Below are positions 39,029 to 49,700 of a stretch of 64,000 nucleotides of DNA, one piece after another. Source of the stretch: a virus; IMG/VR virus record IMGVR_UViG_3300036820_000005, positions 1-64,000 of that record, one strand, 5' to 3'. Positions within the stretch are counted from its first letter, which is position 1, and every line of letters begins with the position of its first letter. The notes below the pieces were generated by a model. That model did no database searches. It was not told the DNA's origin and saw only the letters and a list, made by a program, of their open reading frames with translations. Made by a program: the position numbers and the translations under genes.

Positions 39029-39886
39029 AGAAACCAACCCCGACCACCGAGGAGAACCCGATGACCGCCCACACCGCAGACACCTGCTGGGCCGACCCGC
39101 TCAGCCGCAGGGAACGCGCCGAGCTGGCCCGGAAGCTGGCCAGCTGGTGCCAGCGCTTCTACAACACCCCGGCTGGCACCCCGGACGCCGTGTACTCGCA
39201 GATCCTCGCCTCCGCTGAGATGTCCGACCTGCACCTGGACGTGACCGAGCGCGCGGCGGTTCCGCCCAAGATCTGCCAGATGACCGACGAGCAGCTGGAC
39301 TACGAGCTGGCGTCAGCGGAGGAAGCCGAGGACGGTGCCCGCGCCGGCCGGATCGAACGCGAGCAGGCCGCACGCGAGATAGACGAGCCCCACGACGACA
39401 CCCCGTCGCTGGAAGACCGCGGCCTGCACCTCGGCAGCTACAGCAGCTGACCGATGACCACTCCACGGCGGGTTGACCCGCCCCGATGCGGCTGCAACGA
39501 CTGCGTCACCGGCGGGACGGTGCCGCTCGACCAGGCCGACTGGCAGACCGTCAAGGCGATGCTCGCCGGTGAGATCCAGGACGCTACCGGCACCGAGCTG
39601 CACGCCCACGTGGTTGTCACGCTGCTTGCCGAGCGCGACTGGAACGACGGCCAGCGGTGGAAGTGGGAGTATGACCGCCGCGCCCCGGCTGCCCTGGCTG
39701 AGCTGCGCGAACTGGGCGCATGGCTCGCCGCGTCCGCCTACGACAGCTGCAACCCCGGCCAGTGCGCGTGCGGCGGTGGGATGCCCATCGCTCCCCACCT
39801 CGGCGGATGTGACGGCCGGACCCGCGCCCAGAAACTCGCCCGCATCGCCGAACTGATCGCCGGCCTGACCCCCATGGAGGAACGCG

Positions 39887-40315
39887 ATGACCCTGACCCG
39901 ATTCGTTAAGTACCCCGGCCCGCCCTCCGAGGTGCTGGCCATCCAGTACCGGTTCGGATGGCCACTCGACGAACTGCGGCAGGCCGCCCAGCACGAGCAC
40001 GGCACCGCAGACGTCTGCGAGGTGCACAAGTGCCTGCTCGTCTACCGGGGGCAGGACCCGCTGGCGCGTAGGGAGTACCTGGTCGTGCCCGACCGCGGCT
40101 AGCTCCTATTCGCGCTGGCCACCCGAGAGCTGTTCGTCCGCGACGAAGACGAGTTCACCGGCGAATACACCCTGAAGCTGGGCCTGATCCAGGCGGTCGC
40201 GTCGACTATCGGCCACGGCATGGTCTGTCGGGAATCCGCGACGCAGATCGCTGAGGCCGTGCTCCGTACCGTCGCCGCACATCAGCAGTTCGAGCCCGCC
40301 GCACCGCCGTTCTGA
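39887..40315 (+). pseudogene. Paralog of 50784-51101 interrupted by an in-frame TAG at 40100-40102
   Basis: Similarity continues after the stop (DEDEFTGEY vs DDDEFAEEY); the TAG aligns with Trp. Confidence 0.65.
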
Positions 40316-40864
40316 AAGGACCGCCATGATCCTGAACCGCCCGCTCCGCGCGAACGACGTCGAGGTTGAGACGGTCCGCCGGGCACGCTGCAAGATCCCT
40401 GACTGCGGCTGGAAAGGCGGCGAGCACCAGCTGTACCCGGGTGCGAACGCCGACCGGCAAGGGCACCTCGACTGGCACCGCAACGGCGAACCGGCCCAGC
40501 CTGAGCCTGCCTGGCCGGTCCCGCACCCGTGCGTCAACTTCACCAACGCGATCAGCGGCCACGGCTTCAACCAGTGCTACCGCGACCCTGACCAGGCGTT
40601 CCGCGACGCATTCGTCGCCCCGCTGAGGCCGTTCAACAACACGCGGATCAGCGTCTGCTACTGCGACGTCGCCCACGAGCCGGACCCGGAGCCCGACCCA
40701 GCGGGCCTGATCATCGGCTACGACTACCGCACCCGCAACGACCTGATGGCCGTGCTGCGCGCCCGGACGGTTGTGGAACCGGTGTGGCGTTGCGACCACT
40801 CCCACCCGGACGAAGACACAGCGGTCGAATGCGCGACCGCCGAGCGTGACCGCCGGGCCGTCCT

Positions 40865-41344
40865 GTGACCGCCGGCCAGCTGGACCTGTTCGCCGACCTG
40901 CTCGACGAGGAGACGGGCGACGTGGTGAGGACACCAGCCGCCGCGCACCAGCTGTTCATCGGCTGGTCGGACAACCCGGCCCCGGCCCCCGCGTTCCACC
41001 TGCTCTACCACGCCTCATGCAAGACGTGCCGGGGCTGGTCGAGCGGCGGCCACGACCGGGAGAACGGCGCCGTCGAAGCCGCCATGGACCACGCCTGGCC
41101 CGGCTGGCGGACCTTGCCCGTCGTCGCCCGCAAACCCCACGAGAACGGGCAGCAGTGGCTCGCCAAGGTGGCCGCCGTCTACCCGCCCGGCTGGGTGGCT
41201 GCTGGCGGGCCGGTCCGGACGACCCGCCCGGAGTGGGGCACCCGCCACTACTGGGACGGCTCCATCTGGGACATCGGCGTCCCGGTAACCGGCCCTCACC
41301 CTGCACCTAACCGCACCGACACACAAGGAGAAACTGATGCCTGA
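40865..41344 (+). CDS. DUF6349-like protein
   Basis: EN.AVEAAMDHAWPGWR.LPVV...YP.GW...GGPVRT.R...GTRH. Confidence 0.6.
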   Translation: MTAGQLDLFADLLDEETGDVVRTPAAAHQLFIGWSDNPAPAPAFHLLYHASCKTCRGWSSGGHDRENGAVEAAMDHAWPGWRTLPVVARKPHENGQQWLAKVAAVYPPGWVAAGGPVRTTRPEWGTRHYWDGSIWDIGVPVTGPHPAPNRTDTQGETDA

Positions 41345-42839
41345 CACCCTGACCGTCGAATACGTAGACCCGGCCACCGTCCTGCTCGGCGGGAACATCC
41401 GCCGAGACCCGCGGCTCGACGCCGACTTCGTCGCGTCGGTCCGCCGTAGCGGGGTCCGGACGCCATGCCCGGCGGTGCGGACCGCCGATGGGCAGGTCAT
41501 GCTCGAGTTCGGCTCCCGCCGCCTCGCCGCCGCTGCCCTGATCGTCGACGGCATCCCCGCCGGTGACGACCGCCGCCTTGTGCTGCCGGTGTTCGTCACC
41601 GGCGACGAGAACACCACCCGCGACGGGCAGGTCACGCGGCTGTGCGACCAGTTCGACGAGAACGAGCACCGCGCCGGCCTGACCGCCCAGGACAAGGCCG
41701 CGTTCGTGCAGGCCCTCCTGGACTTCAAGGTCCCGCAGGCCGAGATCCGGAAGCGGACCGGGCTGGACAAGGCGGCTCTTGCCAGCGCCGTGATGGTGGC
41801 CGCGTCGCCCCGGCTGATGGCCGGCCCGCCGCTGCCCGACATGGTGATGGCCGCGCGGATCGCCGAGTTCGAGACCACAGGCGATGAGGAGGCCGTGACC
41901 GCGCTGCATGCCGAGGTGGCTTCCGGGCCGGGCGCGTTCCAGCACGCCGCCCAGCTGTTCACCGACACCCAGGCCGAACGGTTCGGGAAACGAGACCTGA
42001 TAGCGAAGCTGGCCGCCGCCGGGGTCTTCCTGCTCGCCGAGAACGACGACGGTGTGGTGGTGACACCGGCTGGGACGCAAATCACCTGGCGGCAGCACAT
42101 CAACCAGCTCACCGACGCCGCCGGGAAGAACCTGACCGAGAAGAACCACGCCAAGTGCCCCGGCCACGCCGCCTACCTGCGCCGCGGCTGGCAGGGCGGC
42201 GGCCGCGTCTGGGATGCGGTCTACGTCTGCGCCGACCCGGAAGTCCACGGCCACCTCGAACGCAACGCCAGCAGCAGCAGCAAGAAGGACCCGAGCCCGG
42301 ACGCGCAGGAGCAGGCCGCTAAGCAGCGCCGGATCGTGATCGACTGCAACAAGAAGTGGCGGTCCGCCCGTACCGTCCGCCAGAACTGGCTGAGGAACGA
42401 GCTGCTGCCCCGCAAGGCCGCCCCCGACGACGCGCTGCCAGTGATCTTCGGCGCGATCAGCGGCTCCTGGTTTGACTCCTGGGACCGGTCCCTGTCCGAG
42501 GCGATCAGCGGCGGCCACGGCCTGGCCTGCGAACTGCTCGGCGTCAAGGTGGAGGCTAGCGCGGGGGAGGCTGTCGCGGCCGCGCTTCGGGCCGCGTCCC
42601 CGGCCCGCCAGCAGGTCATCGCGCTCGGCCTCGTCCTGGCCGCCTGGGAGGCCCGCCTCACCGACGACACCTGGCGGTCGTACGTCGACGAGCTCGACGG
42701 GCACGGGTACTACCGGGACAAGACCTCGATTGCGGGGCACTACCTGCTGCTCTTGGAGGCGTGGGGATACGCCCTGTCTGACATTGAGAAGCTGCCCGCC
42801 GACGCGACCCGCGCCGCCCTGGCCGCCGCGAAGGGCTGA
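41337..42839 (+). CDS. ParB/RepB/Spo0J-like protein with a long C-terminal region
   Basis: NIRRD..LDADFVASVR..GV..P, GSRRLAAA, ENEHR.GLT. Confidence 0.8.
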   Translation: MPDTLTVEYVDPATVLLGGNIRRDPRLDADFVASVRRSGVRTPCPAVRTADGQVMLEFGSRRLAAAALIVDGIPAGDDRRLVLPVFVTGDENTTRDGQVTRLCDQFDENEHRAGLTAQDKAAFVQALLDFKVPQAEIRKRTGLDKAALASAVMVAASPRLMAGPPLPDMVMAARIAEFETTGDEEAVTALHAEVASGPGAFQHAAQLFTDTQAERFGKRDLIAKLAAAGVFLLAENDDGVVVTPAGTQITWRQHINQLTDAAGKNLTEKNHAKCPGHAAYLRRGWQGGGRVWDAVYVCADPEVHGHLERNASSSSKKDPSPDAQEQAAKQRRIVIDCNKKWRSARTVRQNWLRNELLPRKAAPDDALPVIFGAISGSWFDSWDRSLSEAISGGHGLACELLGVKVEASAGEAVAAALRAASPARQQVIALGLVLAAWEARLTDDTWRSYVDELDGHGYYRDKTSIAGHYLLLLEAWGYALSDIEKLPADATRAALAAAKG

Positions 42840-43347
42840 CCGGTGACCGAACAGCAGACCGACCCCGCGGCCGCCACTGTCGCCAAGGTCAAGCAGGACC
42901 ACCAGCAGCACGTCTGCACGAACCACCCTCAGCCCGGTATCTGCGTCTCACGCTGCCCCGCCGACCGATGGCCCTGCGCGCCGTACCGGGCCGCGCTGGC
43001 CGTCGAGGCCGCCCTCGCCCAGCACCGCCGGTCGCTGACCCCGGCCTACGGTATGGGTTCGGGCGACGGCCACGGCAAGCACTACTGCGCTGGCCTGTGC
43101 CACGTCAGCATCAACCACGACACCGTCTGGGAGCCGTGGCCGTGCTTCCCGTACCTGGAGATCCTCGCCGCCCTGACCGGAACGACCGTAGTCGACCTGA
43201 CGGTCCGCCAGCTGGCCAACCATGACGTCGGCTGCGGGATCTGCCAGGACCTCAAGTCTCGGCCTGCCGGCCTGACCCGGTGCGGGTACAAGGCCGACCT
43301 GGCCGCCCGGTGGCGCCGCGCCCTGCGCGAGGCAGGAAGGACCCCCG

Positions 43348-43743
43348 ATGCCTGACCCCCGGGCCAACCCCAACGGCCACCCGTGCCCGCCCTGGTGCGT
43401 CGTCGACCATGAGACCGACGCCGGCGGCGGTCACCGGTACATCTTCCACGGCAACCAGACCGCCCGGATCGAGGTGCCCGGGAAGCCGGGGCGCATGGAT
43501 GACAGTATCCACGTCCGCGCCATCCACGGCGGCTACGCGGACGACCAGCCGCAGGTCGACATGGGCGCCGACCGGTCCGGCGTGGACGGCCGGAGCCCGC
43601 ACGCCTGGATCGCCCCGCGCGACGCAGGGGACCTGGCCGTCATCATCGACATGCTGGCGAAGGCCTCGCCCGCGCAGCACCGCGAGCTCGCCGCCGCGAT
43701 CCGCAAGGCCGCCGCCGACATCACGGAGGCCCAGAATGCCTGA
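43348..43743 (+). CDS. DUF6907-like protein
   Basis: N-terminal HPCPPWCVVDH. Confidence 0.55.
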   Translation: MPDPRANPNGHPCPPWCVVDHETDAGGGHRYIFHGNQTARIEVPGKPGRMDDSIHVRAIHGGYADDQPQVDMGADRSGVDGRSPHAWIAPRDAGDLAVIIDMLAKASPAQHRELAAAIRKAAADITEAQNA

Positions 43744-44586
43744 CCCCCGGCGCACCACGAAGCAGGAACTGGAGCAGGCCCAGGCCGACGCGATCCGGGC
43801 CGCCCTCACCGCACGACCCGGCCTGACCGCCTACCAGCTCGGCTGGTACGTGCCCACCGACCTGCCAGCACCAGACGAGCAGGTCCCCGCCGGCCCGGCC
43901 GACCGGCCCGCGCCGATGGTGCTCACCCTGCGCCTCCTCGGCCAGCTCGAGCAGGCCGGCAAGGCCCGCTCCGAACCCGACCCGGCAGGCGCCCGCTGGT
44001 ACTGGTCCTCACCAGCCCGCCGAGGGGACTCCTAACGGTGGCGACCGTAGCTGACCTGACCCCCGGCGGGCTGGTAACCGGCTCCGACATCAACGGACCT
44101 ATCCGTGCCGTGTTCGTTGCCCGCATCACCCACCCTGAGTACCCGGGGCTGATGCTGGTCATCTGGCGCCTCGACGACGTGCCCGGCGGAACCTGGTCGT
44201 TCGACGCCCTGCGCCCTGGCCAAGACATCGGCGAGCTAGCGCGATCCACCAGCCGGGACCGCGCAGACCGGCTCAGCGCCGTACTCCTGGACACGCCATG
44301 GTGACCACACCGGCCGATGACACCCACGAATGCCCGAAGAACGGCTGCGTCCGCCGCGTCCCTGCCCACCAGCTGATGTGCCCTGCCGACTGGCGGTCCG
44401 TCCCTGCAGACCTCCAGTCGGCCGTGTGGAGGACCTGGCGCGGCGGCCGCGGCAAGGGCACCCGCGCGCACCTGGCCGCGATGGAAGCCGCGATCGACGC
44501 GGTCAACGGCCAGGAAACCCTGTTCTGATCCCCCGCCTCAGACCCGAGAAGAGAGCTGACCCCATGACCAGATTGGACCCCGCCCG

Positions 44587-45408
44587 ATGAGCCCGATCCG
44601 CCCGGAGAACCGGGACCGCTACCCGCAGGACTGGCCGCAGATCAGCCTCGCGGTGAAGGAACGCGCCGGGTGGCGGTGCGAGTGCCGGGGCGAATGCGGC
44701 CGCGGCACGCACGCCGGCCGCTGCCCGAACCGTCACGGTGGCCTGGCCTACGGCACCGCTACGACCGTCGTCGTCCTGACGACGGCACACCTCGACCACA
44801 CACCGGAGAACTGCGACCAAGACAACCTGCGGGCGATGTGCCAGGGCTGTCACCTCCACTACGACCGCGACCACCACGCCCGCACGGCTGCCCGGACCCG
44901 CGCCCAGGCGGCCACAGCCGGCATGGACCCGCTACCCGACCTGACCCCCTGCAAGGAGCCCCTGACCGTGGCGACCTCGACTGACCTGCCCGACCCCGAA
45001 CCGCCGCTGTACGACGAGGAGCACGGCCTGGCCGAGATGGCCGCCGTCCGCTCCAACCCCGAAGACGAGACGACCCGGCACCTCCTCGCCCTAGCGGGCC
45101 AGCTGGCCCGCCATATGGCCCGCCACTTCGAGCCCGGACAGCTGGAGGCCGCAGGCCGCGCCCTCCTGATCGGCGCAGCGTCCTGCGCTGACCTGGCGAA
45201 CGACGGCGTATCACCCGTCCTGCTGGTCAACCTGCTCGGCTACACCGCCGAACGGATGGTGACCAGCGCCCGCACCTGGCAAGACGACCAACCCGACGTG
45301 CCCGACACACCCGAGTTTGACCCCGGCCCAGAGTGCGACGACCAAGGCGGCGCGACAGAACGCCCCTACCTCAACGCCGCCGACGAACCCGACTGGACCA
45401 CCCCCTAA
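44587..45408 (+). CDS. HNH-like protein with a C-terminal extension
   Basis: PIRPENR.RYP.DW..IS..VKERAGWRCEC...VLTTAHLDH.PENC...NLRAMCQ.CHL.YD. Confidence 0.75.
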   Translation: MSPIRPENRDRYPQDWPQISLAVKERAGWRCECRGECGRGTHAGRCPNRHGGLAYGTATTVVVLTTAHLDHTPENCDQDNLRAMCQGCHLHYDRDHHARTAARTRAQAATAGMDPLPDLTPCKEPLTVATSTDLPDPEPPLYDEEHGLAEMAAVRSNPEDETTRHLLALAGQLARHMARHFEPGQLEAAGRALLIGAASCADLANDGVSPVLLVNLLGYTAERMVTSARTWQDDQPDVPDTPEFDPGPECDDQGGATERPYLNAADEPDWTTP

Positions 45409-45509
45409 CCCGCCCCCGCTTGCCCCCAAGTTCTACGTAGCCCAGAATGGGTCTCTACACACCACGAACGGAGACCCACCATGACACCCGCCACCAGGAC
45501 CACCCGGCC

Positions 45510-46154
45510 ATGACAGGCGAGACGAGCGGGGCGGCGCCGGACCCGAAGCACTGCGGCGGCAAGAAGAAGCAGAGCGAGGGCACCTGTACCCGGCCAGCGG
45601 GGTGGGGGACGCAGCATCAGGGTGTCGGGCGGTGCAAGCTGCATGGCGGGAACACCCCGTCGCACGTGGCGGCGGCCGAGCAGGTGATGGCCGAGCAGGC
45701 GGCGGCCCGGTTCGGGCTGGACATGACGGAGATCTCGGGCGGGCAGGCGCTGCTGAGGGAGGTGCGGCGGTCGGCGTCGATGGTGGACTGGCTGGCGTTG
45801 CAGGTGGCTGGGCTGGCCCCGGACGACATGATCTGGGGGCTGGCGGGGCGGCGGGTTACCCCGCCTGCGGCGGCTGGCGGGACTCCTCAGGTGGTGGTGG
45901 AGCAGCGGTCCCGGATCCACCCGTGGGTGCAGATGCTCGAGCGGGAACGGCTGGTGCTGGCCAAGGTGGCTGCTGAGGCGCACCGGTGCGGGATCGAGGA
46001 GCGGCTAATGCGGCAGGTGGAGCTCGACGGGGCGCTGATCGCGAAGGTGATCGCCGCGGTGCTGAACGACCCGGAGCTGGAGATGAGGCCGGAGCAGCGG
46101 GCCAGGTTCGGGACGGTCGTGCCGCGGCACCTGCGGGCGGTCGACGCGGCCTGA
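45510..46154 (+). CDS. HGGxSTG-type domain protein, terminase small subunit-like
   Basis: CGGKK....TC..PAGWGT.H.G.GRCKLHGGNTP followed by a helical region. Confidence 0.7.
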   Translation: MTGETSGAAPDPKHCGGKKKQSEGTCTRPAGWGTQHQGVGRCKLHGGNTPSHVAAAEQVMAEQAAARFGLDMTEISGGQALLREVRRSASMVDWLALQVAGLAPDDMIWGLAGRRVTPPAAAGGTPQVVVEQRSRIHPWVQMLERERLVLAKVAAEAHRCGIEERLMRQVELDGALIAKVIAAVLNDPELEMRPEQRARFGTVVPRHLRAVDAA

Positions 46155-46240
46155 CCTGCGGAAATCAAGGCGTCTTTGTGTGCCATTCTCCTTGTTCGTT
46201 CTACACACGTCGGATAGTATTTCTACATAGTCAAAAAAGT
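46151..46240 (+). promoter_or_regulatory. Repeated promoter/operator cassette, copy D
   Basis: TTGTTC-17nt-TAGTAT with flanking TTCTACA. Confidence 0.75.
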
Positions 46241-46242
46241 GA

Positions 46243-46677
46243 GTGAGCGAAAAGGAGAGGCACATGGACGCGTCCTTCGGCCAGGTGGAGGGGCCGCAGA
46301 TCAACTGGGCCGCGCGCGGCTACGCAGAAAGCGACCCCGACCAGCAGAAGTGCCCGGCGATGGATGACGAACTGCACCCGGACGACAGGCACCCCGCGGA
46401 CTGCGCGGCTAGCAGCCCCGGCGACGACTACGCCACGAAAATCACGGTCGAGTGGACCGAGACGTTCAAGGTGACCGCCATGGTCAACCTCGACCAGGCC
46501 CGCGAGGTGTTCGGCCTCGGCGGCACCCCCGACCGCGAGGTCGAGGAGAAGGTCAGGGCGCTGCTGGCCTGGAACGCCTACGCGGCGATCCGCTGCCTTG
46601 CCCGGTTCGGCAACAGCGCCGCGGCGAACGGCCACCAGCTCCTCGCGATGAACGGTGTCCCGCGCGGCGACTGGTAA
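46243..46677 (+). CDS. Hypothetical protein, first gene after cassette D (start uncertain); partial paralog of 32065-32370
   Basis: Shared LDQAREVFGLGGTPD. Confidence 0.6.
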   Translation: MSEKERHMDASFGQVEGPQINWAARGYAESDPDQQKCPAMDDELHPDDRHPADCAASSPGDDYATKITVEWTETFKVTAMVNLDQAREVFGLGGTPDREVEEKVRALLAWNAYAAIRCLARFGNSAAANGHQLLAMNGVPRGDW

Positions 46678-46684
46678 CCCCACT

Positions 46685-46727
46685 GCCCGGCTGGCAGCCA
46701 CCCCTGTTCGAGGCGGGGGCGGGCACG
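46685..46727 (+). ncRNA. tRNA-elbow-like structured element, copy 4
   Basis: GCCCG-GCTGGCAGCCA-CCCCTG-TTCGAGG-CGGGGG-CGGGC-ACG. Confidence 0.7.
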
Positions 46728-49700
46728 AAGGAGGTAGCTCATGGAGAGCACGAATACCGGTACCCGGCCAGGCCCGACGCCGACTGGGGACCTGTCCCCG
46801 GCGGCGACGGATGTACGGGACGCCCTCGAGAAGTTCGCCCGAATGTACCCACAGCTGAGCGGCCCGCGCCTGGTGCTGATGCTGGCCCAGTGCTACTGCC
46901 CGGCCCGGCTGAAGCGGCGCCACAGGAACGCCCGGTGACCCGGCTGCCGGGCCTGTCGGCCTACGACCAGTCAGACGACGCGACCCCGCAGGCGCGGCGG
47001 GCCCGGGCGGCGGTGGCGGCCGACAACCGCGAACCGTCGACCAGGCGTGGGGCGATCGGCGGCGGCGGCTGCTGGTGCGGTGAGCCCAACGACCACGACT
47101 GGCCCGGAAAGGCCGACGGTGCCGCGCACCCGCAGCCGGACAGGAGAGCAGGTTGACACCCGTCGATGTGCTGCCCGCCCCGTCCGTGACCGAATGCTGC
47201 GGGGCCCCGCTGTGCGGGATCCGCTGCACCGGATGCGGGCACCGGATGCCCGTGGGCGGCGCCCCGGTCCCGCCGACGCGGGCACTGCCGCCGTGGCGGT
47301 GGCCGGGGGAACTGCTCGGCCGGTGGGTCGCCCGGAGGCTGGGCCGGTGAACTGGGCTGGAGGGTTCCTGGCCGGGTGGCTCGCGTCTTACCTGCCGACC
47401 TTGGCCGCCGTCGTGGCCCTGGCCCTGGCAGGGGTGCTGAAGGTTGAGCTGAAACGGCCTACCCAGTCCGGATCGCGTAACCGGGCCACGCGGCCGCCGG
47501 CGTCCGGCCCGCCGATGACGTCGCTGCCCCCAGCTGGCGGCCTGCCTGCCGGCTCTGGCAAGCCCGCCGTGACGGTAACTGCCGCGTCGAAGCCGTCACA
47601 GGCCGGGGATGCGGGTGCGCCGTGAACGCTGCCCCCACTGCGGCGCGGCCCTGCCGCCGCCCAAGACCTGCCCAGAGTGCGGGCGGACCTTCTACCGCTC
47701 CGAAGGCGGCCGGAAAGACGCCCTGTACTGCACGCGGCGCTGCGGGACCAGAGCCCGGATGCGCCGCTGGCGGAAACGCCGCACCCGCAAGTAACGGCAA
47801 CCGGCGGCCCGAAGCCGTCACGGAAGGAAGGACCAGCGAGTGAGCGAAAGCGAGATGGAGCCCGACGACACCGGGCGAGCACCCGCCGTGGTGGTGTACC
47901 GGGCCACGATCCTGGACGGCCCGGTCCTGTCGTGGTTCGTGAACCTCGGCGCCGCCCAGAACGGCCGCGAGGTGATCTCCGCGTCCCGGAACGGCGTCAT
48001 GATCCACGGCGACGTGTACCTGCACACGATCCGCCGCGACTGGCTCACCACAGCGGAGGAAGCCCACGCGGCCCTCTGCCTCGGCCAGGACGTCGGCCAC
48101 CTGGCCACCCACGTGCACCGCAAGGTCATCATCGGCGGCCGCCCGTACCTGACCGTCGAACCGGTCGACGACGGCCGGACGGTGGCCCTGTGAGCCGCTG
48201 GCTGGACTGGAAGCACTGGCTGCTCTGCGCCTCCTCCAGGACCTACCGGGAGTTCGCCACCTGGGACAAAGCCGAGGTGACGCTCCAGCAGACCGCCCAG
48301 CTGCACGACATCACCCGGGCGCAGGCGTTCGCGCTGATCTGGGCGAACGCCTGGCCGCCGATGCGGATCTGGCTCGCGAAGTACCGGGACCCGAGGAAGG
48401 CAGCCGTATGAGCGAGCAGCCCGCGGCCATGGTGGTGCACCGTAAAGGCCGCTGCCCCTGCGGCGACTGCGCGGAGGCCCGCACGGTCACGATCAGCCCG
48501 CTCGGCACCGTCAGCCTCGGCCAGGCCGTCACCGGCCACGACCGGCTGATCAAGAAGCTGCAGCGCCGCAACTCCCGCGGCAAGGCCAGGCGCAGGGGAG
48601 GCCGGCGTGGCTGACGTGACCTACAGGACCGACTGCTGCGGCGCCCCAGTCGGAGCCTTGCACCGTCTCAGGTGCAAGTGGAGGTCGGGGGAGTGGCGGG
48701 ACACCAAGCCGGGCGCGGCCGCCTGCGAGCACTGCGGCGCACGGTTCCGGTTCACGTCCCTGGGCCTGCTCCGGCACCCGCTGCCGTGGTGCCCCGCAGC
48801 ACAGGCAGACGCCCAGAAGCCCGCCGCCAAGGCCAGGCCCCGGCCTGGCTGGACCCGTCCCGGGAACCTGATCGCCGCAGCCGCCCTGCTGGTCAGCGCC
48901 GCCGGAATGCTCGCAACTGGATGGCAGCTGGCCACCGGGTCGACCACCGAACCGGCCTGGCTGGCCCGGACCGTCAGCGGCGCAGCGGTCCTCGCGGGCC
49001 TGATCCTCGCCGCAGCGATCGTCACGTTGCACCAGGAGCGCCGCAATGACTGCTGAGCATGTCCCCGACCCCGTGATCGCCGACGCGGCCCGACTAGTCC
49101 AGCAGACCGCGGTCGGCCTTTCCCTGATCACGGCCGAACGGCTGCGACAGATCGCCGTCGAGGGCTACACGCCCGAGCACGACGCGGAGCACGGCGGCGG
49201 CGAACTGGCGCTTGCCGCCGCCGCGTACGCACTGGCAGCCTCGTGCAGGCAGAATCAGGGCGCGGTGTGGTGGCCGTGGGACAGCGGCTACAAGCCGGGC
49301 CCGCAACCGCTCGACAGCCTCGTCAAGGCTGGCGCCCTCATCGCTGCCGAGATAGACCGGATCGTCGCGGAGGAGGCCCGCCGTGGCTGACCCAGCCCCC
49401 GAGGCCTGCCTGACCCGCGACAAGCTGCTGGCCCGGTACGGCGAACTCGAACGGGCCGACGCGGCCACCGTCCTGCGCCTGGTCGGCCAGCCCGCCGAAG
49501 CGGCACCGCACGCCATGGCCTGGCGGTACCCGTCCGTCGAAGCGTTCGAGGCCTACGCGACCGCCAACCGGATCCACTACCGCATCCAGGACCACGGCAT
49601 CACGCAGCACGGCCCCGCCGTCACCGAAGACGGCGTGTTCGGCGTGCTCCTCATCCTGCCGCCCGCGGGGGCCAGCCGTGCCTGAGAATGCAAGCACCCG

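Noticed and set aside
40100-40102. Genome-wide amber recoding
   Set aside because: Many genes clearly terminate at TAG and no suppressor tRNA is seen; there is only one in-frame case.
27788-46727. The T-loop elements as true tRNA genes or att-site remnants
   Set aside because: They have no anticodon or D arm and no CCA, are far from the integrase, and show fixed geometry with covariation. They are treated as a separate RNA motif.
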